Source: Callorhinchus milii | Taxonomy: Eukaryota | DNA length: 64,000 bases | Direction: 5' to 3' | Assembly: GCF_018977255.1 (NCBI RefSeq) | Contig: NW_024704743.1 | Coordinates: forward strand, 92,692,001-92,756,000 | In this document: positions 49,935 through 62,546 of the stretch, piece by piece | Position numbering within the stretch: the first letter of the stretch is position 1 | How the letters are laid out: every line of letters begins with the position of its first letter | Made by a program: the position numbers and the translations under genes | The notes under the pieces: generated by a model | Database searches by the model: none | What the model was told of the DNA's origin: nothing | Seen by the model: the letters and a program-made list of their open reading frames with translations, nothing else

Positions 49935-51830
49935 ACCTGGACTTTTCGGCACAGAGGTATGCCATTTGGCTCATTGTTCAGTGCCACTGCAACATTTTTC
50001 TAAATAACCATTGTTAATAATCTTACTTCCCTGCTCTTTCCCAAATCCTTTAATTTTTTTAATGTTTAGTATGTATCCAGCTCCCTCTTGAATGATTCTA
50101 CAGATCAAGCCTCAATAGATACTTATAGTAATGAATGCTAAACCATAATACCATAAGATGTAGGATCAGGAATAGGCCATTCAGCCCCTTGAGCCTGCCC
50201 CACCATTAAATAAGATCATGGCTGATCTTCTAACCTAATTTCATTTACCCGCCCTATCCCCATATCCCTTAATCCCTCTATCCTTTAGAAATCTATCAAC
50301 CTCAATCTTGAACATGTTCAAGGACTGAGCATCCACAGCCTTCTGGGGCTAGAAGATTCCACAAATTCACTACCCTCTGAGTGAAGAAATGTTTCCTCAA
50401 CTCAGTTCGAAAAGGCTGACTTTTAATCTTGAGACTATGACCCCTAGTTTTAGATTCTCCAATCGGGGGAAACAGTCTCACGGCATCTAGCCTGTCAAGA
50501 CCCTTAAGAATCGTATAGATTTGTGTAAGATCACCTCTAATTCTTCTATATTCTAGATAATATAGGCCTAGTTTACTGAACCTATCATCATGGGTCAAAC
50601 CCCTCATCCCAGGAACCAACCTAGTGAATCTATGCTGCACCCCCTCCAAGTCGAGTATGTCCTTTCTTAAATAAGGAGACCAAAACTGCACACAATATTC
50701 TAGGTGCGGTCTCACCAAGGCCTTATACAACTGCAGGAAGACTTCCATACTCTTGTACTCTAACCCTTTTGCAATTAATACTGACGTGGCATTAGCCTTC
50801 CTAGTTGCTTGCTGTACCTGCATACTAACTTTTTTGTGACTGTACAAGGACATCCAAATCACTCTGAACACTAACACTACCTAGTCCCTTCCCCTCTATT
50901 TCTATTTTTACTACCCAAGTGAATAACTTCACACTTTCCCACGTTATACTCCATCTGCCACCTTCTTGCTCACTCACCTAGCCTGTCTATTTTCCTTTGC
51001 ATTCTTCGTGTGTCACCTCACAGCTTACTCTCCCACCTATCTTCGTATTATCTGTGAATTTAGATATGTTAAGTTCTATTTTCTCATTTAAATTATTGAT
51101 AGAGACTGTAAGTAATTGAGACCCAAGAACTGATCCTTGTGGCACTCCACGAGTCACATAATGCCAATCTGAGAAGGACCCTTTTATCTCTACTTTCTGC
51201 TTGCTAAACCCTAACCATCTGAGTGCTGAATGCTACACCCTAACCATCTGAGAGAAGGAATGCCTTCTAAATTCTGAGTTTATGCCTCTTATCAAATTCG
51301 CAAACTAAAGATTTTTTTCCCTTTATTTACCTTGCCATCACTCCTTCAGAAACATAAACCACTTGTATCATATTGTTTCTCAATCTTCTCTCCCCCAATG
51401 GAAAATGTCCTAATTTAGCCAGCCTTTCATCATATGGATATTATCTCATACTCAGAATCAGCCTTGTGAATCTGTAATGTAGCACCCATCTTCAGCTGTA
51501 GCAGCCCCCCTTTAATACATTCATTCTCACACTTTGCAAAATTGGACACAACTCTCCCTTAGTTCATGTCCAAGCCATTAATGTTTATTAAGAAAAGCAG
51601 CAGTCTCTGTACAGACACAGAGACACACCACTAATTACATTCTGTCAGTCTGACAAACACTCATTGATACCCAATCCCTGCACTTTGAATTTACCATCCT
51701 TGTATCCACTCTACTCCCTTTATCTTTGATACTGTGATGCTTAAATTTAGATTTTTTTTATGCAGTAACTTACCAAAGGCCTTTTGAAAGTTCATACATC
51801 CAAATCCACCACTTTACTTGTTTCATCACA
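49935..51830 (-). mobile_element. Old CR1 (49935-50140 plus 51227-51830) split by a younger CR1
   Basis: A CR1-type 3' end at about 49940 continues colinearly after 51227 with degenerate CR1 body sequence. Confidence 0.6.
50141..51201 (-). mobile_element. Younger CR1, 5'-truncated (ORF 50302-50877)
   Basis: [28 protein letters not shown] and HFFTQRVVNLWN motifs. Tail is (ttatgg)-like. Confidence 0.93.
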
Positions 51831-51905
51831 ATTGTTCTGCACTCTAAATCTTCATAAAATCAAGCACCAGAATGTTACAATTGTTCTAGGCATCAGGTCA
51901 AAAAT

Positions 51906-52091
51906 GTGGGGGGAGAAATTCCACTTGAATCTACATTTACTCTATTGACTTAGCATTTCAGACCATCCAGTTTTCTATGAGTTATTTTAAGAACGACAGA
52001 AAAACAATTTCAAAGGAAAGTCTGAATTTCTGAATGTACTGATATCTAAATCCATAGAGTAAATGTAGACCCAGAAAGATTTCACACCCCC
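51906..52091. mobile_element. MITE-like element with about 55-bp imperfect TIRs and G-rich ends
   Basis: gggggagaaatt...tctacatttactctattgacttag pairs with ctaaatccatagagtaaatgtaga...atttcacaccccc. The 15-bp core tctacatttactcta is perfectly inverted. Confidence 0.7.
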
Positions 52092-52127
52092 ATGGTTTGT
52101 CCCTCAAAACTCACGGCAAATCAACCA

Positions 52128-52454
52128 ATAATAATAATAATAATAATAATCCTTGCATTTGATATAGCGCTTTTCACGTCAGGAGGACGTCCCAAAGCGC
52201 TTCATAGAACACACTGTAAAGTGAATTGACTGTATATTTGTGGGCGAACGCGGCAGCCAATTGCGCACAGCAATGTCCCACAAACAGTCGTAGATTGAAA
52301 ATGACCAATTTAATTATTGTTTTTGGTTTTTTGGAGGGATTATTATTAGGCGTGTGGAGTAAGGAAGCTTGCCCAAGGTTTCGCCCTGCCTGGAATTGAA
52401 CTCAGGTCTCTCACTTGCAAAGCGAGTGCTCTAACCACTGAGCTACAGGACTCC
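52128..52454 (-). mobile_element. Young full-length SINE, short form
   Basis: Near-identical to 53088-53411. Confidence 0.95.
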
Positions 52455-52821
52455 ACGCTACAGGACTCCACCAAAACTATTATAACAACCAAAAATTCAC
52501 AAGTCTTAGAGAATCATGACAGTGTACGTTGAATGAAAGTGACTGAAATAATGCATTGTAGCTAATCACTCAATTCCGAACACAACTATAATGACTAGTC
52601 CATTATATGATCATTAACAAGTCCGATACTAAATAGCCTGTTACAGCACTGAGCAAAAGTAGATACACATCTGGTTTCAGAGATTTCAACCTACAATATG
52701 CTGTACAATAATTTAACAGCTGATAAATAATTGAATATAATTGTTTTGGGTACTAACATCAAGCTTTCCGCAATTGACAATTGCCAAGCCAATATTCATT
52801 CAAGGATGTTTTAGTAATCAG

Positions 52822-53063
52822 CCTTCCAACAGTGGTCGGAACCAGCCTCTCTGCCCCCACTCCCTGGAACGCCATCCCACAGTCCCTTCGCCTTGCTCCC
52901 TCTTTTTCAATGTCCCTTTGGTCACCCCCCTACCCCTACACTCCCAGCCCTCCACCCCTCCTGATCCCAACCCCCTGCTCGGGTCCAAATCCCCCTCTGT
53001 CCAGCACCTTGGGACGTCCTCCCAATGTGAAGGGCACTATACAAATGTAACTTTTGCTGTTGT
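52822..53063 (+). mobile_element. L2 3' fragment
   Basis: Conserved tail cagcaccttgggacgtcctcccaatgtgaagggcactatacaaatg. Confidence 0.8.
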
Positions 53064-53087
53064 TTAATGCATAAGAGAAATTTAGTC

Positions 53088-53411
53088 AATAATAATAATA
53101 ATAATAATCCTTGCATTTGATATAGCGCTTTTCACGTCAGGAGGACATCCCAAAGCGCTTCACAGAACACACTGTAAAGTGAATTGACTGTATATTTGTG
53201 GGCGAACGCGGCAGCCAATTGCGCACAGCAATGTCCCACAAACAGTCGTAGATTGAAAATGACCAATTTATTATTGTTTTTGGTTTTGGAGGGATTATTA
53301 TTAGGCGTGTGGAGTAAGGAAACTTGCCCAAGGTTTCGCCCACTGCCTGGAATTGAACTCAGATCTCTCGCTTGCAAAGCGAGTGCTCTAACCACTGAGC
53401 TACAGGACTCC
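53088..53411 (-). mobile_element. Young full-length SINE, short form
   Basis: Full head with A and B boxes, Deu-like segment, L2 tail and (TAT)n. Confidence 0.95.
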
Positions 53412-53539
53412 ATGTATCCAATGTATCAGCACGGACATTTCAGGCCAATATCAAATTCAAGTGTGGAATTCACAGAACCAAATGGCACGTACTGCCAAAG
53501 TTGATACATTTCCTGGCTAGTGAAGTAGCCACCAACACC

Positions 53540-55580
53540 ATAGGTATTGACAGGTTAGCAGAGTGGGACGTTTTTTAGTAAATGGAGTTCAATACAAAAA
53601 AATTCTGAAGTAGTGCATTTTGAGAGAACGAATAGGACGTTAGATTATACAAACCTGGTGGTAGAATCCTCGATGAAGTGGAAGAGTAGATGTATCTGAG
53701 GGTACAATTATATAGTTTATTATAACTGAGATTGCATGCAGCAAAAAATGCTAAAAGGACAAACCAGATTCCATATTTCACACTTCCATTGAATATAAAA
53801 ATAATGAAGTGAAGATTAGTCTGTATAAGTCATTGGTTAGATTGGAATGGGAACAATTTGTATAGTTCTGGGTGCTCCATTATAGGAGGATATTAAAAGA
53901 ATGGAGACAGATATGAAAGAATATAACTACAAGGAGAGGCTAGGAGCATAGAACTCTTGCCATTGGAACAGAAAAAGGTTGAGGAGTTATATTTGATAGA
54001 GATGTTTAAGACAATGAAAGAATTTCAGAGAATTAATTGTGAAAAATCTTCTACTGGCAGAAGATTCAACAACAACAACTTGCATTTATATAATGTTCTT
54101 CAAGCGGGGTAGCATCCTGGAGCACCTATTCGTGGATGAGAGGATATGAATTCAAGCTTGTTGCTAAGGGAGTAAAAGCAGGTGATTGGAGTAACTTCTT
54201 TTTCTAGAGGGATGCCAAAATATGAAATGATTTCCAGGATTGACTGTTTGCAGTAATTGGGGGTATCTAAAAAAATAATCAGATAAATATCTGTGAACAG
54301 GGTTCCCTCTGCCTCCTCATCCTCCTGGATGACACAGTTGTGTTCGACACAGTCGATCATGCCATCCTCCTCCACCACCTGCCTTCATCATCCGCAAATG
54401 GCTTTTCTTCGCGCTTCCACCCAGTCACTTGCGGGGTACCCCAAGGATCCATCCTTGACCCCCTTCTCTTCCTCATCTATATGCTCCATCTCAGTCATGT
54501 CATCCACAGACATGGGGTTAACTTCCACATGTATTCGGATGACACTCAACTCTACTTTTCCACCTTCAGCTGTGATCCCCAATCCCCTGATGTTCTGTCA
54601 GCTTGTCTGTCGGATATCAGGAGCTGGATGAGCGCCAATTTCCTGTTGCTAAATTTCAAAAGACGGAAGCCATACTCTTTGGCTCCGGACGACGTCTTCT
54701 GTCCTACGGTTCCGACCTCCTCAACCTAAACGACCTGTCCTTAAAACTCTCTGAACCCGTGCACTACTTAGGCATCAGGTTCGATCCACAGTTATCCTTC
54801 CTCCCCCACATCCGGTCCCTGACCAGCACCGCTTTCTTCCACCTCCACCACATTGCCCGTCTCCGACAATACCCCAAAAGCTGCCGAAACCCTTGTCCAG
54901 GCCGTTGTCACCCCTGATGCCCTCCTCGCTTGTCTTCCCTCCTCCACTATTCCCAAAATTCATCTAATTCAAAACTCCGCCGCCTACATTCTCACCCTCA
55001 CCAAACTCCACACCTCGATTACCCCAGTCCTTGCCAAACTCCGCTGGCTCCCTGTCACAGAGGGAATTGACATCAAGATCTCACTCCAGTATTTAAGTCA
55101 CTCCATTCCTTGGCACCCCCCCATCTCTTTAACCTTCTCTCTCCCCACAGCAATATCTGCTGCCTCCGCTCTACTGGGTTTAGCCTCCTCTGCGTCCCCT
55201 GAATCCTCCGCTCCACCATTGGCGACCGTGCCTTCAGCCACTACGCCCTGAAACTTTGGAACTCCCTCGCTCAACCCCTTCACCTCAACCCCTCCTTCTC
55301 AAATCTTTAGGTCGCGCCTGAAGATCTTCTTTTTCGACCATGCCAACGGTCACCTTCCCCCTCCCCCTGGCTCAGCCTTGGGCTCCACCATTGTTTAGCA
55401 CTCTGAGATGCCGCCCGGTGTGGAGGGCGCTGTATAAGTCCAAGTTGTTATTGTTGTATATGTAAAGGAAGGGGATAAGACAGGATGGAGGAAAATAGGG
55501 AATTGGGATGGCTTCTTGAAGTAGCAAACACCAACGTAAGACATGGGCTGAATTGCCTGCTACTGAATTGTATACTTTTA
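53540..55580 (+). mobile_element. Old CR1 (53540-54065, 54130-54290, 55460-55580) split by L2 insertions
   Basis: Degenerate IDRLAEW...MEFN, LYKSLVR and FWVLHYRRI motifs. The CR1 3' end atgggctgaattgcctg appears after the L2. Confidence 0.65.
54292..55457 (+). mobile_element. L2, second subfamily, frameshifted
   Basis: [32 protein letters not shown] and ITPVLAKLRWLPV motifs. Tail is like that of 47755-48326. Confidence 0.93.
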
Positions 55581-55639
55581 TAGTTTTATTTATCAGTCTG
55601 GCTCACTTAGCAGCTTTTTTTTCAGGTGTATGTGGCCTT

Positions 55640-55935
55640 TGTCTCAGTAAACAATTAAGTAAACACTGCGGAGTGTTGGATTTTTTGAGATGCCATCTTT
55701 ATCCTAAGATTTTAAATCAAAACATCTATTGTAAAGATCCATTAAAAGTACCTGAAAAGTGGTGGAATTTCTCCCAGTGTCCTGTGGATTAATCGATCCT
55801 TTACCTCATGGTTGTTTGCCGAACATTGCTATATATAAAACGGCTGCTGCATTTGCCTGCAAAGACAGTCACTACACTTTCCAATAATTACTTATGAAGA
55901 ACTTTTCAATGTGAGAGTATTTTAGGAATGTAAGT
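55640..55935 (+). mobile_element. Old Deu-domain SINE fragment
   Basis: gtaaagatccatt, ctcccagtgtcctg and acattgctatatataaaacggctgctgcatttgcct motifs. Confidence 0.55.
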
Positions 55936-57096
55936 TTTTTCTTTTACAATACTTTCCCTAGAATTGCACAATTTCATACTGTATATTGATTGATTATGAA
56001 CTCAATAAGTTTACACATCTTAAACCAACAGTTTAACATGAAGAATAGTAAATAATCTCATAATGAAACTATTCAAGTTCAGCAGACCTTATATGATCCA
56101 ATGGCTAAATAAATGAATGCACATCATATTAATTAGTGTTGGGGCATCACTGTAGCATGAAATCATCGAGACTCACTGTTATCAACAACAAATAATAAGA
56201 ACTTACATTTATGTAGCGTCTTGGAGTGCTTCAATTACTAGTGCACCAATCCTAATAAATATTCAACAACCTTACAATTTTGAGTTAGAAAGAAGCAATA
56301 AGGGAACAATAAGGAATTCAGGTATTTATTTGATATCAAGTGTTCATGTGTACGATTTTCATTATCTCTTGATCTATTTTCTCTGTCCTTAATCCATCTA
56401 TTTGTTTCTTGCTTGCTTCCTCTTCTGGCTGCTATTTTTCTTCATTCCCTCCCATTGCCCCTTTTTCCTTTTTACTATTTGTATTTTTGTGCTGTATAAA
56501 GTTGATGGATATCAGCCCTGGGACAATTTTCTTTCTTCTAGTTTTTCTGAGTGAGATTGTTGCATTAGTTCCAATTTGTGCAGCTTCTTATTATGTCCAC
56601 TGGGAGCTCGATTGAGACTGCTGTTCATTTCACTTAGAACTAGCAGCTGCCAGAGAGGAGACATTTCCGGTGGAGCTTGAAGGAAACCAAGGTCTTACTC
56701 AACACTCCATTTCTTTCCAGTCCCTTTATCTTATTTCTCTCTCTTTTATCACACTTCCTTTGTCCTTGTGAATTTTATGAATCCATGATCTGGACAGAAA
56801 AATAAATTCTCCAAACCTTAACATATTTGTCCACAGGTGCCAACAAAACAAAAAATACAGTCAACCCTGAGAATGCTTGCAAGAAACCATTTACACTTTT
56901 CCGAATTGGTGCAGTAATTATCATTAAATAAACAAGAATCTTTCCTCTTGGCTGTATGACACATGGAATAAAAATCTTTTCTTCTGGATACATGATGCAA
57001 AGTACCTATAAGGACTACATTAAGACAGAGATACAGCTGGCACTATGGTTAACTATTTAATATGGATCTATAGTTAGGGAACATTTTCTATTAAAA

Positions 57097-57906
57097 GACC
57101 GAGGCCCTCTTGCTTGGCTCCCGTCAGCGTCTCCATACCTCGGGCATTGACAGCATCTCTCTCTATGGATGCACTCTACATCTCACAGAGCCAATACAAA
57201 ACCTCGACATCCCTCAACTGTCCTGCATACCCCACATCTGTATCATGACCCCACCTCCGCAAATTTGCTCGGCTCTGCCATTGTCTCAAACCCCAGGCTG
57301 CCGAGACCCTCATGCACGCATTGATAACATTCAGATACGACTACGCAAACTCTCTGTTGTAGGCCTCCTCTCTCCATAGGCTGCAGATCATTGAGAACTC
57401 TGCAGCCCATGTCCTCTCCCGCATCAGGCTCCGCGACCCTATCATCCCCATCTTTTCCCGACTCCACTGGCTTCCCATCACACAGAGGATATAGATCAAG
57501 ATCCTAGTCCTCACTTTCAAAGCCGTCCACGGCATTGCTCCCCCCTATCTCTGCAACCTCCTAACCTCCTACCAACCTGCCCGCTCCCTCCGCTCAGTGG
57601 GCTCCGGCCTGCTTCACGTCCCCTGCCTCGCCCACCCCACCATTGGCGGGCGGGCCTTCAGCCACTCTTCCCCCAGCCTCTGGATCTTCATCCCTTTGTT
57701 CCACTGCCTCACCCCCTCCCTTGCCTCCTTCAAGATCTATTTCAAGACCCTCCTCTTCGACCGTGCCTTTGATTACCCTTTTTAACCCCCTGCCCCCACC
57801 CTCCCTGATCTCGACCCCAGCTCAGATCCGAAACCATGATGTCCAGCGCCTTGAGACATCCTCCCAATGTGAAAGAAGCTATACAAATGTAATTTTGTTG
57901 TTGTTG
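57097..57906 (+). mobile_element. L2 3' fragment
   Basis: LLGSRQRLHTSG, LHWLPITQRI and HPTIGGRAFS...LFDRAF motifs, plus tail. Confidence 0.92.
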
Positions 57907-58022
57907 TATTTAATAAATTTTGAGACTGCCTAAAATGCACAAACACTGATTCGCTAGGGTGACAAGATACTTTACTCTCAAAATGGTTAAAACCCACCAA
58001 CCAATACTATAGATATGTTTGT

Positions 58023-58346
58023 AATAATAATAATAATAATAATATTTGCATTTGATATAGCGCTTTTTACGTCAGGAGGACGTCCCAAAGCGCTTCACAG
58101 AATATACTGTAAAGTGAATTGACTATATTTGTAGGCGAATGCGGCAGCCAATTGCGCACAGCAATGTCCCACAAACAGTCGTAGATTGAAAATGACCAAT
58201 TTTATTATTGTTTTTGGTTTTTTGGGAGGGATTATTATTAGGCGTGTGGAGTAAGGAAACTTGCCCAAGGTTTCACCCTGCCTGGAATTGAACCCAGGTG
58301 TCTTGCTTGCAAAACGAGTGCTCTAACCACTGAGCTACAGGACTCC
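58023..58346 (-). mobile_element. Young full-length SINE, short form
   Basis: Family match. Confidence 0.95.
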
Positions 58347-59584
58347 ACGATTATTAGAAATAATATCATATTTCTAATCTTAAAGGTCTCCAATGAAAAA
58401 TATGAGGAAAATTTCTATATTTTTTCTGTAAAATATTCTTATGGTTTGAATTTTAAAAACTGAACAATCCTTAGAAAACCACTACAGTTGCTAAGTAACT
58501 ATCAACTACTGCTACAAGAGATTCTGGGGAAAGCTCCAGTTTGTTTCTTGAGACTTTACATTCCATGTAGGTCCAGCCTGTTGGTCATTGTGCTTTTCAT
58601 TGATTAGGTGTGAAGCAAAGTGTTCAGTGTACTTGAGCCAGAATTCAGTAAATGTCCATCTAAGAGCCAACATTTGGATACTAACTTTGCAGAGAATAGG
58701 CTTTGACAACAGAAAGTATAGAACAAGATAAACTGATGGCCCATTAAGTCTCTGGCTTCCACAGAGGCAGTCCTATCAATGACTCTATTCACCATCTAAT
58801 TTCTCAGGAATGATTTCTCCCTGACCTAAATTCAATCCAGAAAAAACCCATAACAGCTAGCCATTCCGTTGTGTCTATTGCTTAACCCCAATAACATTTC
58901 CCTAATCCCAGCAGCTTAGGAATCATCAAGTTCTATGCAATATTTGATGATTTCCATCTATCCCTGTTCCTATAATTTTTTATCAAACAATACATGTTAA
59001 CAATCATTTCAATATTTGTAGGAGTTAAAATGGTATTTCAATAAACCATGCACTTTTAAAGGTGAATTTTCATTATCTCCTCGAAGGACATGATATCAAA
59101 CAGTACATCAAGGACCAGTCACCGCAGCAAAGCAATTCTGAAGTGTGATCCAGAATATAGTGATGGAGGCAGAATACGGCATTTAATGAGATAATCTGGT
59201 GATAATTATTGCATTGTGTAACATTCTGGTCTTGGAGATGTCCCAGAGCTCTAAATATAATGGAAGAACACTCTCTGACTTGGCAAATATTGTTTGGCCC
59301 AAAAGCCAATTGCTGCAGTCATTGATCCAGCCAGTGGCACCCTTGAACCTTTTACAGCTGAGTTAAGTGGATATTCCCTGAACCAGCACTGAAATGCCAG
59401 TATCTGCAGTAGCAGGATCAAAAGTGTTGCTGGTTGGTTCAATAACTGCATCAAAATAGCTTTTGGCTATTTTATATTTTAATACTCAACTATATTATAT
59501 TTTTTACTCAATAGCTTTCGGGAGAACCCATTAGCAATGTTGGAGGTAGCTTTCCCCTATGGCAGTTTTCAACTGGGACATGTC

Positions 59585-59722
59585 CAGCAGCAGAAAGTAC
59601 CACAATATGATAATTATCATGTCACATCCCGTGTTGTTAATGCCATGAATACTCAGGAGCAGGAAGTGCCACAATGTGATGATTATCATGTCACATCCTA
59701 CATCTTTAACCCCATAAATTCA
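59585..59722. repeat. Diverged two-copy tandem repeat, 69-bp period
   Basis: cagcagcagaaagtaccacaatatgataattatcatgtcacatcc versus caggagcaggaagtgccacaatgtgatgattatcatgtcacatcc. Confidence 0.85.
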
Positions 59723-59887
59723 TTGAATATTTACAATACAGAAAGTAGCCCGACATGACGATTTTTTGGTGTCAGATGGAAAACCATCACCATGCTTATG
59801 AGTTTCCAAACTGTAATAGACTCAGCTTCAACAATTAATTGTGGTAATGAATACCACACACTTACAAATAAAACATCTTCTAACCGT

Positions 59888-60203
59888 GGAGTCCTTAGCT
59901 CAGTGGTTAGAGCACTCACCTTGCAAGCGACAGACCTGAGTTTAATTTCTGGCAGGTCGAAATCTTGGGCAAGTTTCCTTACTTCACACGCCTGTTAATA
60001 ATCCCTCAAGAAACAAAAATAATAATAATTTGGTCACTCAATCTATGACTGCTTGTGGGACACTGCTGTGGGCGATTGGCTGCCACGTTTCGCCCACAAA
60101 TATACAGTCAATTCACTTTACAGTATATTCTGTGAAACGCTTTGAGACATCTAGAAGACGTGAAAAGCGTTATACGAAATGCAAGGATTATTTATTTTAT
60201 TTA
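59888..60203 (+). mobile_element. SINE short form inserted in an old CR1
   Basis: Family match. The flanks (about 59790-59880 and 60205-60545) are minus-strand CR1 (LYKTLVRLQFKY...EKLGLLS). Confidence 0.92.
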
Positions 60204-62546
60204 TAAACTTTTCCTTTAATTAAGTTTTTGATTACTCACTCTCTGATCTGTGGAAATAGTCTCTTTCTATCCTATGGAAACCTTTAATGTTTCACTGAAA
60301 GCAGTCCCAATTTTTCAGGAGGTTCCATATAACTACATCCTCTCATCCCTGATATTATCCAAGTGAATCTCAGCTGTATCCTCTCCGTGGAAGTAATGCA
60401 TTGTTTATAATGAGTTGCTGAAAACTGGATTGTATACTTAAACTGAAGTCTAACCAATGTCTTGTACAAATTTATTGTTACCTCATTGAGACATCTCTTC
60501 CCTCCTCTATGCCTAAGTCCAGATAGTTTATGTTTATAAATATATGGAGATAATGAAAGGCCCCAATACCCAGGTGGGGCCAAAATTCCACCTAGTCTTA
60601 GTGCAATCTTCCATGAAGAATTTTGAATTTTCCACTCAGATGATTACTACTGTCAATGTCCTGTCAGGAATCCAGCATTCATTGGCCACAGCACAGCTCC
60701 GAGAAAATCAAAACAAGATTTATTATTTGCCTATCATTTTGCAAAGCCGATGACTTAGAGACACAGATATAACTGCTGATTAAAGCCTTCACCTTATACA
60801 TTTCTAGAACTGTGAACCATGCTTCTTAAATGTAAACCATTTAATAACCATCTCTGCATTGGGAGGAATTATCACTCTGTCTTCCCCCCAAAAAATATTG
60901 CTTGTTGAAACTTAATTGTTCCTTAAACTTTGGATAATAAAACTCATATAATATGAAACCTGGGTCCTTTTTTTCACAACTGAACTCTTCTTTTTGCCAT
61001 GGTGAATAATTAATTTACAATGGAGCAATGAGCAAGTCCAAAACATAATTTTAACTGGCCTCCCTGTTCTCAGTATCAAATGATTTATGGTCTGTTACTA
61101 TCGTAAATGTTTTATCATCCACATATACCAGGATGGGGAACTTTCCTGACTCAATAGATTAATCCGAAAATGTTCTTGTTTATTTGTGCAGTGTTCTTCA
61201 TATTCAAGATTTTAGAGTCCAAAACAATTGTAACCAGAAATCAATACAGCACACACTCTCACAGCAGATCAGGAAGCACAGATTAATCTTCCCATTCCAC
61301 ATCACTATATATTATGAGGAATTATTTTACATTCTCAGCCGATAAAAAATAACTGCATTTCAGAATTCCATCAACACACATGAAGCTCAACCCTACATTT
61401 TGCTGCTTCACTCACACAAATAGTAAAACTTGTGAAAATGGGGAGACAAATTTAGTACATTTTAGTCAGAGATTTGTACAGCTTTGGTTTCTCCCTTTCC
61501 CCTGACTCAGCTTTGCCTCTGATTGACCAGTAAGTGTTTGACGTGGTGTCCCCATTTTGGGATAGCCACTATTTTAGGAATTCTCTTTATCAGGCGAGTT
61601 GGACATCATCTTGAAAACCAATTGGATCAGAAAAACTTCAGGGTTTGAGCCCAATCCATGTGTAACAGCAGGCATGTTCATGTTTGACGTTCAAATTTTT
61701 CCTTCCAGTACATTAGGAGGGTCTAAGTTACAGGATTCATAAACAGGATTCATTGCAACAATCCAAAACTGTCTAATATGCATTGATGAGGAAACAACTA
61801 ATTCCAATTTCTGACACGCAGTAAAGTGAGAAGATAGAAAAGCTGGAGAATGAAATGGGCTGCTGGATTTGGCTCTTCAGACTTGGTTCCACTTTGCCGG
61901 TATTCAGAAATCACCAGTAGCCATTTTGTTAATATTGTTAGGCATCTTTTGAAGTCACTTCAAATTCTGCTTATGAATCATGCACCCTATTCTTTTCTTA
62001 AGCTGAACAGTGGCACTGTACTGTCTTTGGGGTTCCTTGCACTGAGAAAATACAGCATTTAATTTGTAACTGGTTGATTTCCTTGCTAAGCTGAGAGTGC
62101 TTTATACGATTGTTCATAACAATAATCCTTGCATTTGGAGGACATCTTAAAGCACTTCACAGTATTCCATAGGTAAAGCGGCCACCAATTTGTGCACAGT
62201 GACCTCTCCCAAACAGCCATGAAGTGAGTGACCAGTTTTATCATGTAATGAGAAAAGAATGATTCCTCTCTCCTTGTTTGGAGCAGAAACTTGTATGACA
62301 TGGGCTATGCATCTTCATCACCAGGAGTAGTAAAGAGATCTATCAGCCTTGGGCACAAGGGGAGAGATTCTGAATCAACCACAATTCAGCAGAGAGTTAC
62401 ACCTTCAAATGTTTAAAGGTTCACAATGACCTTCACGTTATTTTTCATTTTAAGAGCCAGCAAGAGGAAAGAAGGAAAATGTAACTATGAATGATATTTA
62501 AACGATCAACATAATGAATATGAGGGAAACTAATTAATTTAAGAAA

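Noticed and set aside
53132..53413. Recurrent ORFs MESCSSVVRAL... and MTVYLWANAAANCAQQ... (also at 23066, 28175, 34447 and 40666)
   Set aside because: These are translations of the non-coding SINE. They recur because of copy number, not because they form a gene family.
59585..59722. CRISPR-like repeat-spacer pattern
   Set aside because: Only two diverged units, no cas genes, and vertebrate-type DNA.
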